Positions 1-10,994 of a DNA stretch of 64,000 bases are shown in pieces. A program made the position numbers and the translations under genes. This DNA is from Alphaproteobacteria bacterium. Its GTDB lineage: Bacteria; Pseudomonadota; Alphaproteobacteria; MPNO01; UBA830. The notes under the pieces were generated by a model. The model was not told where the DNA came from and did no database searches. It was given only the letters and a program-made list of their open reading frames with translations. The stretch is taken from the NCBI GenBank assembly GCA_964291215.2, contig OZ219790.1, positions 1,408,001 through 1,472,000 on the forward strand, read 5' to 3'. Every line of letters begins with the position of its first letter. Positions within the stretch are counted from its first letter, which is position 1.

Positions 1-1362
1 CGCCAGCGTGTGCATGAAGATGGCGCGGGCGACACGGGAGGCGTAGGGCGGCAGTCCCCCGTGATGCGCGGCGTCTATCTCCTCGGCCAGCGCCGCCTTG
101 CCGCCCGGCCCCCCGGACACGTCGTTGGAAATGGCCGGCGCGAACGCCGACTGCCCGAGACGGGTCACGATCTCCTGCCGGACGGGTTCGTGGCCCGGGT
201 CGATATGGTGCAGGTGGATGGCCGTCGCGTCGGCCGGCCGCTCCGCCCACAGATGGGCCACCGTGCGCGCAAGAAGCCGCAACATGCCCCGCACACGCTG
301 GAAATTGCCGAGCGTCGCCGTCTTCGCCGTCAGCGTGTCCAGAACCTCCGGGTGAAGGGGATAGCTCGAAAGGAACGCCGCGGCCGCTTCCGGGCGGTTG
401 GCAGCCTCCGGCAAAGCGTCCGCGTGGGCGCTCCACTGCGCCCGGTAGGCGTCCGCGGCAGCAGCGGCCGCCGCCTCGTCTATCGACTCGAACAGACGGC
501 GGCGGAGCACCCGGGCCGTCTCGTCCTCTTCGGTGGGGTTGAGCAGTGTCGCCTTGCGCGCCGACACGCTCTCCGCCTCCGCCATGCCGTCGGCGATGAA
601 CCGATTCTCGTCGCGGTAAGCGTCGGTCGCCCGTCCGTCCTTGCCGATCGCCAGCGTATGGACGAGAGCGGCGTTCGGCGCGCCTTCCACGGCCTTGAAC
701 AGCGAGGTCAGGAACGCCGTCAACTGGGCGTGGCCGAGAGCCGCCGCCTTGCGCAGATAGACCGACAGCTCGTCGAGCAGGATCAGCGCCGGTTCGCCGC
801 CGAACAGCTCACGCAGCGTTTCGGCCCCGGGCGCGATCCGGCGCTCGTCGCTCGTGCGCACCCGCTCATATCCGTCCCGGCCCGCCAAGGCCGTGGCGAT
901 CTCGCCCCACGGCGTAAAGGCGAGATGCCCGCCTTCCATCCGGCGTCCGTTGGCCGGATCCGCGTTTTCCCCGTCAAAGGCGGCAATGCGCACACGGCCC
1001 CGCGGCAGAAGCGCAGGATCGACGAACTCGGAAATCCCCGGCAAATCGACGCCGCCGCCCGCAGCGTGGCACAGCGCGATCAGGCCGTGCGACTTGCCCC
1101 CGCCATAGGAGGTGTCAAGACGGAAGATCGACGCCGCTTCGCCGCCCGCGCCGCTCAGCCGGGCGCAGACATTGGCCAGAAGGCTCTTCAAACCTCTCGT
1201 CGGGTAGGTATTGGCGAAGAACCGGGCCGGATCGACATAGTCGGCCGCGCCCTCGCCAACCACCACCTGAGACAGGTCCGCCGCGAAATCGGCCTCCGTC
1301 ACGGCGCCCGCCAGGACATCTGCGCGCGGGCGGCAGGACTCGAAAATCGTCGGTATCGTCAT
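1..1362 (-). CDS. DUF499-family AAA+ ATPase, N-terminal part (runs off the window start); absent from the ORF track
   Basis: Manual translation from ATG at 1362 gives MTIPTIFESCRPRADVLAG...FAADL...FFANTYPT, Walker A TSYGGGKSH, TPWGEIA, Walker B LILLDEL, RRRLF, SYPLHPEV and FQRVRGMLRLLA. The frame is open to position 1. Confidence 0.88.
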   Translation of the reverse strand, partial: MTIPTIFESCRPRADVLAGAVTEADFAADLSQVVVGEGAADYVDPARFFANTYPTRGLKSLLANVCARLSGAGGEAASIFRLDTSYGGGKSHGLIALCHAAGGGVDLPGISEFVDPALLPRGRVRIAAFDGENADPANGRRMEGGHLAFTPWGEIATALAGRDGYERVRTSDERRIAPGAETLRELFGGEPALILLDELSVYLRKAAALGHAQLTAFLTSLFKAVEGAPNAALVHTLAIGKDGRATDAYRDENRFIADGMAEAESVSARKATLLNPTEEDETARVLRRRLFESIDEAAAAAAADAYRAQWSAHADALPEAANRPEAAAAFLSSYPLHPEVLDTLTAKTATLGNFQRVRGMLRLLARTVAHLWAERPADATAIHLHHIDPGHEPVRQEIVTRLGQSAFAPAISNDVSGGPGGKAALAEEIDAAHHGGLPPYASRVARAIFMHTLA

Positions 1363-1649
1363 CGCGCGCCCTCGGCCCTCCTGCTTCTGTCAACCGGGCC
1401 CGCTGCGCCGATCCCGGATCTCCGGAACCGCCGGCCCAGCATGTCTCCATCGGCGACAGGCCGCGGCTTCGCGCCGTCACGACACAGACGGCAGCCATCG
1501 TCGCTCCCGCCTCGTATCCGCCAGTCAACGCTTGCGCGAAACATACGCCAAAACAGGCAAGGCGGTCCAGTAGACGGCGGGCATGCGCCGCCCGTCCAAA
1601 AGGCATCCGGCGCTGCCCGAAGGCGGCCAGCGCCGGATGCCGCCCGGCC

Positions 1650-2020
1650 CACGAAGTCCTTGTCGTGCGCATCGCGAAACTCGCGCACCAGAGCGCGGTT
1701 GCGCTCCGGGATGGTGAACCGGCGCTCCAGGGCCTGCGGGTCCACCGTGATCGTGTCTGAACCGGCGAACAGCGCTTCGAATTCAGCCGGCGCAGCCTCG
1801 TCCATCGCGCTCCAGTCGCGCTGCCGCGGCGCACGGGGAACCCGTCTTCGGCGGCGGTCTTCACCGTCATCGCCCTGTAGATGCGGTAGGGCACGAGATG
1901 ACCTTTCTCGATCGCTCGGCGCAGGTCGTATCCGTATAGCCGTCGCAGGGGCTGTCACTCGTCGGCGCCGGAGCACCGCCTCCCGCCACCCAGAGGCAAG
2001 GTCTGGCCGTGAGCGGGGCG
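1650..2020 (-). pseudogene. Frameshifted internal fragment of a type I restriction enzyme R subunit (EcoAI/EcoEI-like helicase region)
   Basis: Pieces across frames read LTARPC (motif III-like, GLTATP), YDLRRAIEKGHLVPYRIYRAMTVKT and LERRFTIPERNRALVREF. There is no proper start or end. Confidence 0.55.
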
Positions 2021-2472
2021 GCGGTCGGCGCTCCGGAGGGAGGGGGCGCTGCCGCCGTTCCCATTCACCTGTCGAAGGAGCACGGCACGATGCAGGCAGC
2101 AATCGCACGGCGACGCGCGCACCTATCTCATTCATTTCGTCGGAGGCGGTCTCGAGGACAAGCGCTATGTCGTCGAGCGCTACGTCTCGAAGGCCAACGG
2201 CGAGATCGTTCCCGTCCAGCGGCACGGCACACAAGGGCCGTCGCAAGGCCCGGGGCACGATCGTCACCGCGAAGGCGTTTGAGGAGATATGTCCGGCCCG
2301 AGACGAGATCATCATCGCGACGGGGGTCAGACTGCGGCATTGCGGGGTGCAGCTGTGAGTCTGGCGCAGCCTCGGGATCTTCGCCGACCGCCGCCAGCGC
2401 GGCTGATCGTCCCGGATGTCCTGCCGGCCCGCCTCCGCCGGCCGTATTTCACCCCCCGACCTGGAGCAGCCG

Positions 2473-3464
2473 ATGAGTTACCGCGACCCCGCCGTCGGCC
2501 GCGAGCGCGAACGAGTGGCCCGGCGCACTGCCGAACATCGCGACGCCGGCCTGTGCCCGAAGTGCGGAAAGCACCAGCCGGAGCCTGATCGAAGCATTTG
2601 CGAGCCGTGCGCCGAGCGTGCCCGTGCCGCCGGCCGCGCCCGCGACGCCCGGCTGCGGGCCGAAGGCAAACCGCGCAGGGCCCCGGAGCGCGCGAAGTCC
2701 TGCCAGCGCGGCGGTCCCGCCGGCAAGCCGCCGCGCGGCGGGGGGCTGCACGAAGTGCGGCGCCAATCCTCCGCAGGACGGGCGGCGCCGGCTGCGCCGG
2801 GAAGCGCCGCGCCGCCGACCGTCGGCGCTACGCCGAGGCCAGCGCTCGGGGCGAACTCTACGGGGGCAAGGACCCGGAGGCCAAGCGCCGGAGCGCCCGT
2901 CTCGCCAGCGCGAAACGCCGGCAGGCCCGGCTCGATGCCGGCGTGTGCACCCGATGTGGCCGCCAACCTTCCATCGAGGGAGGCACGACCTGCGGGTCAT
3001 GCCTCGAAGCCCGCCGCGTCGCGGACCGCGAGCGGTACGGCGTCCACCGGGCGGCGGGCCTCTGCGTCTCCTGCGGCCGCCCGGCCATCGACGGCCAGTC
3101 CCGGTGCGGCGTCTGCGCTGCCGTCGAGGCCGAGCGCCGCGACAAGGACGGAAAGAATGAACGCGAGCGCTACGCCCGGCGGCGCGCCCGCTCCGGGTGT
3201 ACCGATTGCGGCCGGCCGGCATTCGGCGCCTGCCGTTGTCCCGCGTGCGCCGCACGGTCTCACGAGCGGTCCGCGCACTTCAGGGGCATCCCTGCATGGG
3301 ACCCGCAGTTCATCGTCGTCGAGCTCGCCACAGGGGCGGAGCACGGCCCCTACGAGCCGGAGGCCGAAGCGGCGGCCAGCCTGGTGTTCGCGAAGCTCTC
3401 GCGCGACCAGGGCGAGATCGTGAGCGACGCGCCGGTCACCGCCACGGCGACCGGCCGGTCCTGA
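2473..3464 (+). pseudogene. Arg-rich protein with about 5 tandem CxxC-x(9-11)-CxxC zinc-ribbon modules, frameshifted near 2700-2800
   Basis: Modules CPKC..CEPC, CTKC.., CTRC..CGSC, CVSC..CGVC and CTDC..CPAC are spread over three + frames. GGAG lies upstream of ATG 2473. Confidence 0.65.
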
Positions 3465-3820
3465 GCGGCCCCGTCCGGCGGGGGCGGTTTCGGGGAAGAG
3501 GACAGCGCATGCCGGGCAAGCGCCCGGCAGGGCCGGAGAGAGTGGGTCTCTCGCTTGCCGGGCTCGAACCCGAGAGGAGACCCGGCATGTTCGACCCTTG
3601 CACCGACTTCGATCCCATCGCCCCGTCCACCGGCGCCCTGCTCGCCGAGATCGGCGTGGACCCCCGACGGGTCCGCGAGACGCTGATCGACGACTACGCC
3701 CGCCGGTGCCCGGACCGCGAGGTCCCGGCGGACGGGAGTTGGAGGAAAGCAGGGGAAAGGTGTCGCGGTCCCCGTCGTTCGCATCCCATCTTCATCATCC
3801 GAAACCTGAAGGAGAATCCC

Positions 3821-4261
3821 ATGAGCTTCGGACTCAACCGCGCGGAAGTCATCGGCCGCCTCGGCGCCGACGTCACCGTGAACCACCTCGCATCGGGAGG
3901 CCGTGTCGCCAATCTGAGCATTGCGACCGACGAGAGCTACATCGACTGGAACGGCAGCGGCGAGCGCATCGACAAGACCGAGTGGCACCGGGTCGTGACC
4001 TTCCAGGACGGATTGATCGACATGCTGGTCAAGCACGCGAGGAAGGGCCGGCTGGTCTACCTCGCCGGCAAGATGCAGACCCGGCGCTGGCGCAAGGAGG
4101 GCGAGGACTCCGACCGCTTCTCCACCGATATCCTGCTGGCGCCTGGCTCGCGCATCCAGTTCCTCGATCGGCCGAACGACAACGGCGCGGCGGCGGAAGC
4201 GCCTGCCAACGGTTCGCCCGCGCCGGACAGCGACGCCGACCCGGACCAGATCCCGTTCTGA
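3821..4261 (+). CDS. ssb: Single-stranded DNA-binding protein (plasmid/ICE type)
   Basis: LNRAEVIGRLGAD, KTEWHRVV, GKMQTRRW and acidic C-terminal DQIPF; AAGGAG RBS. Confidence 0.95.
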   Translation: MSFGLNRAEVIGRLGADVTVNHLASGGRVANLSIATDESYIDWNGSGERIDKTEWHRVVTFQDGLIDMLVKHARKGRLVYLAGKMQTRRWRKEGEDSDRFSTDILLAPGSRIQFLDRPNDNGAAAEAPANGSPAPDSDADPDQIPF

Positions 4262-4281
4262 TACCGCATTTCGCTCCCAAA

Positions 4282-4315
4282 GAGGGCCGGCGCCCCGCGC
4301 GTCGGCCCTTTCTTC
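4282..4315 (+). terminator. Probable rho-independent terminator after ssb
   Basis: Hairpin agggccggcgc...gcgtcggccct followed by ttctt. Confidence 0.6.
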
Positions 4316-4439
4316 ATGCAGGCAGGTTCGAGTCTCGCCGCGGCGCATACGGGAGTGGGAGCAAGGCTGGAAGCGGGTGAACCGCGCGAGGAGGAGAGGG
4401 AGGCCGCTCGCGCACCCATCACGCGACCCGGAGAACCCG

Positions 4440-4661
4440 ATGAGCACCATCTCCTTTCGCCGCATCACCACCGACGAAACCCGCCTCTACCGGGACGGCG
4501 ACCATGTCGGCGACGTCCACGCCTTCGACGACAACATCCGGCCGGAGCGCAGGGTGTTCGTCATACATCTCGACGAGGACCCGCGCGGGCCGGTGTATCT
4601 CCACGACCGCATCCGCGAGGTCGCCGGGGGCCTGGTCCTCTCCCATCCCCTGTGGGGTTGA
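4440..4661 (+). CDS. Small hypothetical protein
   Basis: GGAG RBS, host-like codon usage, MSTISFRRITTDETRLYRDGDHVG... Confidence 0.55.
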   Translation: MSTISFRRITTDETRLYRDGDHVGDVHAFDDNIRPERRVFVIHLDEDPRGPVYLHDRIREVAGGLVLSHPLWG

Positions 4662-4832
4662 CGCAAGGGCGGGCAGCGGCGCCTCCGGCGCCGTGCCGGC
4701 CGAACCGCCGATGGGGTCCGTGCTGTTGGAGAGAATTGGCCGAGTGCTGCGCTGTCCCATTGTGCCACACGGGCTCCCTCCGCCAACCCCGCCGGAGGCG
4801 GGGTCCTCCACTCCGCTGGCGCTCCGTTCCGG

Positions 4833-4959
4833 CCGGGACTCGGAATGAAACGGCGCTGGCGCCTGGCACCATGCGCGACCGTGGCTCCGCGCTCGCTCAC
4901 GCTCGCTTGTGCGCCCGCACCACTCGCGCATCCCGCCAGGCAATTCACTCCGGCCCCGG
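4833..4959. promoter_or_regulatory. Long nested imperfect hairpin (possible ssDNA promoter or priming signal)
   Basis: Arms ccgggactcggaatgaa / ttcactccggccccgg and atgcgcga / tcgcgcat, with gctcgctcacgctcgc in the apex. Confidence 0.45.
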
Positions 4960-5040
4960 TGGCTGTGGTCCGCGCGCGTGACTCAACAGGACATCACAGC
5001 GGGGATCGGCCCCGAACGTGAAAACCGAAAGGAAAACGAC

Positions 5041-6012
5041 ATGACCTTCAATACCGACACCATCAAGACCGCAGCACAGTCCGCAACCGCGATCGTCTGC
5101 GACAACGCCGCCCTCTACGGCGCAACCCCCGAGCGCGACGAGTTCGACAACCGCGACGTCTGGGACGAGGACGATGCCATCACCGCCGTCGCCGAAGCCT
5201 TCCGCATCCTCAGCCAGGGCGTCGCGCCCGACGGCACCCAGATGGCCGACGAACGCGAACACCTCCTCTGGGGCTTCGTCAACATGCTCCACGCACAGCG
5301 CCTCGACCGCAGCGTCGACAAGCTCACCCCCGAACTCCAGGACCTCCAGCGCACCCAGGACGGCTCCGAGATCAGGTCCCTCGAACTGGACCTCACGACC
5401 GACCGCGCCCAGTGCCTCACCGCACGCCGCGACGCCTTCAAGACCTTGCGCAACGAAGCCGCCGAAGCCTACCGAGCAGACACCGGCGACACCTGGCGGC
5501 CCCGGCGCGGCAGCCACGCCAGCCAGACCGGACATCTGACCTCCGCCGCCATCGACGCCCGCGACTTCGTCCGCGCCCGCAAGGACCGCAAGACACAGGC
5601 ACACCTGCCCCAGGTAACCCTCGTCGCCATCGCCGGCGGCAAGAACGTCACCGACCCCGCCGCCGTGATCGCCAGGCTCGACCAGGCCCGCGCCAAGTAT
5701 GCGGACCTCGTCCACGGCGGCGGCCCCGGTGTCGAGAAGATCGCCGCCAGCTAGGCAGAGCGCAACGGCGTCCACCAGATCGTCTGCAAGCCCGACTGGG
5801 ACCGCCACGGTCGCGCCGCTCCGTTCCGCCGCAACGATGAACTGCTCAACCTCCTGCCCAGGGGCGTCATCGCCTTCCCCGGCTCCGGCATCACCGAGAA
5901 CCTCGTCGACAAGGCACGCACTCTCGGCATCCCGGTCATGCGCTGCGGCGGCGGCGCGGTCCGTCTCCATAGGCGCATACCCGTCGCGCTGCAGTGCCGC
6001 CGGCACTGCTGA
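5041..6012 (+). pseudogene. DUF2493 (YspA-like SLOG) protein with an internal TAG at 5752-5754
   Basis: LLWGFVNMLH and VHGGGPGVEKIAAS*AERNGVHQIVCKPDWDRHGRAAPFRRNDELL...VIAFPGSGITENLVDKAR. Homology continues in frame past the stop, which is probably TGG>TAG. Confidence 0.85.
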
Positions 6013-6584
6013 CCCGCCCACTGCCGGCGCTGCTGCCGGACCAGCACGGCACGGTGCTTCGCATCGCTGCCCGCAGTCGTGCAGGCGCCGCCGTCGGCGC
6101 CTCTGATCGCAACGGCTATCGCAACCGTCACCGCACCCGCGCGGCTGACGCCGCGGTAACGGGTGCGCCATCACCGTCTGCGTCTGCGGTAATGTGTGAG
6201 CAGCACGCGATCACCCTGAACCGCCCCGCTTTCGTCGAGCACGCTTATATCGCGGTAACATGTGCGCGGCGTCCTTCGGCTCCGCGGAACATGTGCGGCG
6301 GCGCCCGTGCTGCCGAGGTAACGCCTCCGGCTTCGATGCGCCATGTGTGAAGACTGCCGCCCACTGTTTGCACTCCGCGCCGCGTTCTGTTACCTTTGTG
6401 TCCAGACGACAACGCGGAACGCGCTCGAAGATCGCAGGCTGGTCGTCTCGCTCAATCGTCGCGACGGCTCCATTGCCTTGTGACGCCGGCGTTTCAGGCG
6501 ATGGTGGTGTGCAGGGCAACTTCGCCCGATCTCGACTCCGTTCGGGGTTTTACCGTCACACTCCACGCAATCCAAGTGAAGACG

Positions 6585-6909
6585 ACTTGACGGCGTTCGT
6601 CTACCGCTCTCTTCGAGAGGCAGGGTGCCGGAATGCTCCCGGTCCCGGGTGTCCGTCGGGGGCGGTCCGCCCCCGGCGTCGCCACCGCATGCGCGTTCAT
6701 CGCGTAGTAGCCAAGAACTTCCGTCGGCCCTTCAGCCACCGCGACGAATATCTGCGTGACGTCGTCTTTCTGCTGCTTCCTCGCACTGAGCCCCGGAAAG
6801 TTGTCGAGGCGCTCGGTTACGCAGGAAAGCCCAACCGGTCGTGCCGGCCGGGATCGAACGACTCGATGACGATTCGGGGGACTTTTGAGCCTTCGCGGTC
6901 ACCGGGCAT
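6585..6909 (-). pseudogene. GNAT acetyltransferase toxin (TacT/AtaT type), frameshifted and truncated
   Basis: Fragments IESFDPGRHDR..F, ERLDNF, ARKQQKDDVTQIFVAV..VLGYYAMNAHAV..IPA..LSKRAVDERRQ; lies directly downstream of DUF1778. Confidence 0.75.
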
Positions 6910-6919
6910 TGGCGATCCG

Positions 6920-7205
6920 GGACCGGTAAGTCGCTAACCGCGTCCCGCGCCGCCCGTGACGGCGGATTTTCCAACGTCTCCGGCAGCGCCCGCCTGTCGC
7001 GCCCGGAGAGCGTCGTGGTCTGATGCTCGCGCAGAATGCGTTTAGATTCCCTGGCCGCCGATGCCTGGACGAACGTCGTGAGGTTGACGCCGGTCAACTC
7101 GGCCGCCCGCGCAATGCGGTTCCTGTCGCTCGGCCTGACCCGCATCCCGATATTGTCGGTCGCCCTCTCCTCCGGGGACGCCGTGACATCGCTGAAGTTC
7201 AACAC
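6920..7205 (-). pseudogene. DUF1778 (TacA/AtaR-type) RHH antitoxin with a damaged C-terminus
   Basis: IGMRVRPSDRNRIARAAELTGVNLTTFVQASAARE...TTTLSGRDRRAL..LENPP. Confidence 0.8.
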
Positions 7206-7572
7206 GATCGCACCTCTTCTCGTTGTCCCGACAACGCGGGTGCAGTCCCGGCGGCCGTCAATCCGCAAAATCCGATAATCTGATGACACTTGCCGCTTTG
7301 CCTTGTAACCGTTCACCCCTCCGCCGGTATGGTTCCGGCCTCGCAGCCTGCCGATCATGGCTTCGGGCGAGGAAACTCGAAACCCACTCCAGAATGTTGA
7401 TGTCTCGGGGACCGATCAATTGAACCAATCCGCTCCACGTTTCATCCGGCGGGGCGAGTGCCTCAAGGGCACTGATCGCGGTTTTGGCGTCCACCACCGG
7501 CTGACGCATCCTACGGAACGCCGGCGGCCGATGTGCCGGACCCGAGCATTCCGTGCTGGCGAACGAAGCCCG

Positions 7573-7818
7573 TCAGGGGCGAAAACTGATCAGGCCGCTC
7601 TCGATCAGGTACCAGGCGAGGCCCCAGAGTGCGGCTGCGATCACCGTCGTGGCCGCAACCTTGGCTCTCAGCCGCGGCCGCATCGGTGCGCTCTCGACAT
7701 TGCCGGCCTCCGTCGCCTCGCCGGCCTCGTGATAGGACCTGGCCCCTATCGGCAGCGTCATGAAGAACACGAGCCACCACAGCACCGTGTAGACCAGAGC
7801 CCCGGAAAACCAGGTCAT
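7573..7818 (-). CDS. DUF1467 family membrane protein
   Basis: YTVLWWLVFFMTLPIG..SAPMRPRL; usual position after rnj in Alphaproteobacteria. Confidence 0.85.
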   Translation of the reverse strand: MTWFSGALVYTVLWWLVFFMTLPIGARSYHEAGEATEAGNVESAPMRPRLRAKVAATTVIAAALWGLAWYLIESGLISFRP

Positions 7819-9467
7819 ATCCTCACCACGTGTATCTCGGTCACCGGCCGTTTCCCGACGCACTCGCGGAGATAGGACTGAACCGCCTTGCGGCCGACCT
7901 TGGCGATCTCGTGGTCGTTGCGGCGCCGCTTTCCGCGCATGTTGGTGACGGCCTGGCGAAGGATCTCGATCGTGTCCTCGAGAATCTCGTCCTCGGCGCC
8001 GTCGTGGAGGACGCCTGTCAGCGAGAGCTGCGGATCTCCGATGACCCAGCCGTCGTGGTCAAGCACCACCGTCGCCACTGCGGCGCCATCGAACCGCATC
8101 CGGTGACGCTCCTTCAACACGTTGCTGGCAAGCGGAACGAGACGGTAGCCGTCGACCGCAAGACGTCCCGCCCGGACTTCGTCGCAGATCTCCGCACCGC
8201 TGGCGCCGATGCGCAGCATCTCTCCATTCTCGGCGATCGCCGTGCGCGGGATTCCGCCAGCCTCGGCGAGTTGCACATGTTCGTGCAGATGCCGCGATTC
8301 GCCGTGGACCGGTATCAGCATGTCCGGCTTCAGCCAACCATACATCTGGCGGAGTTCGTCGCGGGCGGGATGACCGGACACGTGAACAAACGCATCCTGC
8401 TCAGTGATCACCTCTATGCCGCGCCGCGCCAGCTGGTTCTGGACCCTGCCGATGGCTCTTTCGTTGCCCGGTATCTCGCGTGACGAGAAGATGACCGTGT
8501 CGCCCGCGTCGAGCGAGACGTGGCGGTGGCTGCCCGCGGCGATCTGGGCAAGAGCCGCACGCGGCTCGCCCTGGCTGCCGGTCACTGCCATGAGCACCTC
8601 GTGCCGCGGCAAGCTCGCGACGAGGGCCTCCGGAACGAACTCCGTCATGCCGTCGAGATAGCCGCACTCGCGCGCGATCTCCTCGATGCGCCGCAACGAG
8701 CGGCCGACCAGCGCCGGCTGACGCCCGGTTTCGCCAGCGATCCGGTTGACCGCAGCCATGCGCGCAACGTTGCTCGCAAAGCTCGCCAGCGCGACACGGC
8801 CCGGGCATTTCCGGACAACCTCGAGGAGGCTGTCACCGAGCGCCGCCTCCGAGCCCGCGACACCGTCGACGAATGCGTTGGTCGAATCGCAGATCAGCGC
8901 GTGAACACCCTCGTCCCCGAGACGGCGAAGCGCCGCCTCATCGGTGCGGCTGCCGATCACCGGTGCCGGGTCGATCTTCCAGTCCGTGGCGTGGACCACC
9001 ATCCCGCCCGGCGTGCGAATGGCGAGAATGTGGCCTTCGGGAATGGAATGGGCGGCGGCGACATAGGTAACGCCGAACGGCCCGATGCGAATCGTCTCGC
9101 CGGTGCGCACCGTGGTCAACGGGACCTCGCCGGCAAGCCCGGCCTGTTCCAGCTTGCGGAGAAGCAGGCCGCGGGCGAAGGGCGTGACGTAGATCGGACA
9201 GCCAAGCTCCGGCCACAGATGGGGAACCGCACCGATATGGTCCTCGTGGGCATGCGTGATCACCAGCCCGAGCAGCCGGTCGCCGAGGTCAAGCGCGAAC
9301 GCGGGATCGGGGGTCATGACGTCGACGCCGGGGGTCGTGTCGTCGCCGAACGCGATTCCCGCATCGACCATGATCCAGTGATCGCCGATGCCGTAGAGGC
9401 TCATGTTCATGCCTATTTCCCCGGCCCCGCCAAGAGGCACGAAGAACAGTTCGTCGGTATCCGTCAC
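7815..9467 (-). CDS. rnj: Ribonuclease J
   Basis: [36 protein letters not shown]; the GTG start overlaps the coaX stop. Confidence 0.95.
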   Translation of the reverse strand: MTDTDELFFVPLGGAGEIGMNMSLYGIGDHWIMVDAGIAFGDDTTPGVDVMTPDPAFALDLGDRLLGLVITHAHEDHIGAVPHLWPELGCPIYVTPFARGLLLRKLEQAGLAGEVPLTTVRTGETIRIGPFGVTYVAAAHSIPEGHILAIRTPGGMVVHATDWKIDPAPVIGSRTDEAALRRLGDEGVHALICDSTNAFVDGVAGSEAALGDSLLEVVRKCPGRVALASFASNVARMAAVNRIAGETGRQPALVGRSLRRIEEIARECGYLDGMTEFVPEALVASLPRHEVLMAVTGSQGEPRAALAQIAAGSHRHVSLDAGDTVIFSSREIPGNERAIGRVQNQLARRGIEVITEQDAFVHVSGHPARDELRQMYGWLKPDMLIPVHGESRHLHEHVQLAEAGGIPRTAIAENGEMLRIGASGAEICDEVRAGRLAVDGYRLVPLASNVLKERHRMRFDGAAVATVVLDHDGWVIGDPQLSLTGVLHDGAEDEILEDTIEILRQAVTNMRGKRRRNDHEIAKVGRKAVQSYLRECVGKRPVTEIHVVRI

Positions 9468-10234
9468 GACACGTTTCTCCCAAAGACGCTCACCAGCCCG
9501 CGCAGCGTCAGGTCCCGGTCCACTTTCCCGATGACATCGGTGGCGGCACCAAAAAGCGGCGCCAGCCCTCCGGTCGCAACCACTGGCAGTTCGCCGCCGG
9601 CCTCGGCGTGAATGCGCGCGACGAGACCTTCGATCAGGCCGACATAGCCCCAGTAGACTCCCGACTGCATGGCACTCGACGTCCGCTTGCCGATCACCGT
9701 CGGCGGCCGTTCCACGGATATCCGGGGCAACATCGCCGCGGCCTGGTGCAGGGCTTCGACGGACAGGTTGATCCCGGGCGCGATGCAGCCGCCGCAATAG
9801 TTGCCGTCCCCATCAATGACGTCGAACGTGGTCGCGGTTCCGAAATCCACGACAATCAGCGGGCCGCCATAGGTCTCGTGAGCCGCGAGCGCATTGACGA
9901 GCCGGTCGGCGCCGACCGATTCGGGGGAGTTCACCAGCGCCTCGATCCCGAGCCGGACTCCGGGCTCGCCGACAACGACCGGCTCCACCCCGAGAAAGTC
10001 GCGGCACAGGGTCTTGAGGCTGAACAGCGTGTCGGGAACCACGGTTGCGATGACCGCACCGTTGATGTCCGCCGGTGCGAACTCCGACAATCCCATCAGC
10101 TGCATGAGCCACACACCGTACTCGTCCGCGGTCCGCCGGTAGTCGTTGGAACGGCGCCAGACTCCGCGCTGCTCGGTTCCGTCATAGAGAGCGAAGACGA
10201 TGTTCGTGTTGCCCGAATCGATGGTGAGAAGCAT
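9464..10234 (-). CDS. coaX: Type III pantothenate kinase
   Basis: [26 protein letters not shown]. Confidence 0.95.
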   Translation of the reverse strand: MLLTIDSGNTNIVFALYDGTEQRGVWRRSNDYRRTADEYGVWLMQLMGLSEFAPADINGAVIATVVPDTLFSLKTLCRDFLGVEPVVVGEPGVRLGIEALVNSPESVGADRLVNALAAHETYGGPLIVVDFGTATTFDVIDGDGNYCGGCIAPGINLSVEALHQAAAMLPRISVERPPTVIGKRTSSAMQSGVYWGYVGLIEGLVARIHAEAGGELPVVATGGLAPLFGAATDVIGKVDRDLTLRGLVSVFGRNVS

Positions 10235-10238
10235 GGCG

Positions 10239-10991
10239 CTATTGCCCCACGGCGACATCGCCGGCGGCAATGATCCGCCGCACGCCGGCAGCATCGATAA
10301 GAGCGAGAGCGCCATCGCCGTCGAGGCCGTCGAATCGGCCGTTGACCGCGCCGGCGGCGGTGGTCGCGCAGAGCGCGTCGCCACGGCGCAGGCCGTGCGC
10401 CTGCCAGGCGGCGCGCACCGGCGCGAAACCGGCTGTCGCCCAGCACCGGTGCCACGCAGCGAGCGCCGGATAGAGCCCGTCGAGCATCCGTTCAGGCGAC
10501 ACCCGCCGGCCGCCCTCGGCAAGGACGCTGGTCGCCGGCAACCGCATCGAGGAAGCGGGCGGCACAGCGGCAAGATTGACGCCGATACCCGCGACGAAGC
10601 CGCCCTCGCCGGCCTCGATCAGGATTCCGGCGACCTTCCGGCCCCGGCAAAGCACGTCGTTGGGCCATTTGAGGGTGAAGGCCGGTCCAGGGGCAAGCGC
10701 GGCGAGTGCCTCGCGGACCGCGACCCCCGCCACCAGGGCAAGCTGGCCGGCATGGCGGCTGGTCACGACGGGCAATACCATGCTGGTGTGGAGGTTGCCG
10801 GACGCCGAATGCCAACTTCGACCGTCGCGCCCACGCCCGGCGCTCTGGGTAGCGGCAACGAACACGTCGCCCGGCTGCGCTGCACCGGCGGCCATCCGGC
10901 GTAGCGCCTCGGCGTTGGTGCTGTCGAGGGTGGCAAAGCCATGCAGCCTGTACGCCCCGGGCATTTCCGGGCAGGCGGCCCCGGCAGCCAT
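10239..10991 (-). CDS. birA: Biotin--protein ligase
   Basis: DSTN, QSAGRGR, KWPND, KVAGIL, GIGVN. Confidence 0.95.
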   Translation of the reverse strand: MAAGAACPEMPGAYRLHGFATLDSTNAEALRRMAAGAAQPGDVFVAATQSAGRGRDGRSWHSASGNLHTSMVLPVVTSRHAGQLALVAGVAVREALAALAPGPAFTLKWPNDVLCRGRKVAGILIEAGEGGFVAGIGVNLAAVPPASSMRLPATSVLAEGGRRVSPERMLDGLYPALAAWHRCWATAGFAPVRAAWQAHGLRRGDALCATTAAGAVNGRFDGLDGDGALALIDAAGVRRIIAAGDVAVGQ

Positions 10992-10994
10992 GGT

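Noticed and set aside
10-2358. 782-aa + strand ORF, and other long ORFs such as 12429-15938, 35977-37476 and 43778-45784
   Set aside because: These are antisense shadows of real genes in high-GC DNA and carry no recognisable motifs.
5752-5754. In-frame TAG in DUF2493 as pyrrolysine or readthrough
   Set aside because: It sits at a probable Trp codon in a decaying region, no pyl genes are seen, and TAG is used as a normal stop in the nuo genes.
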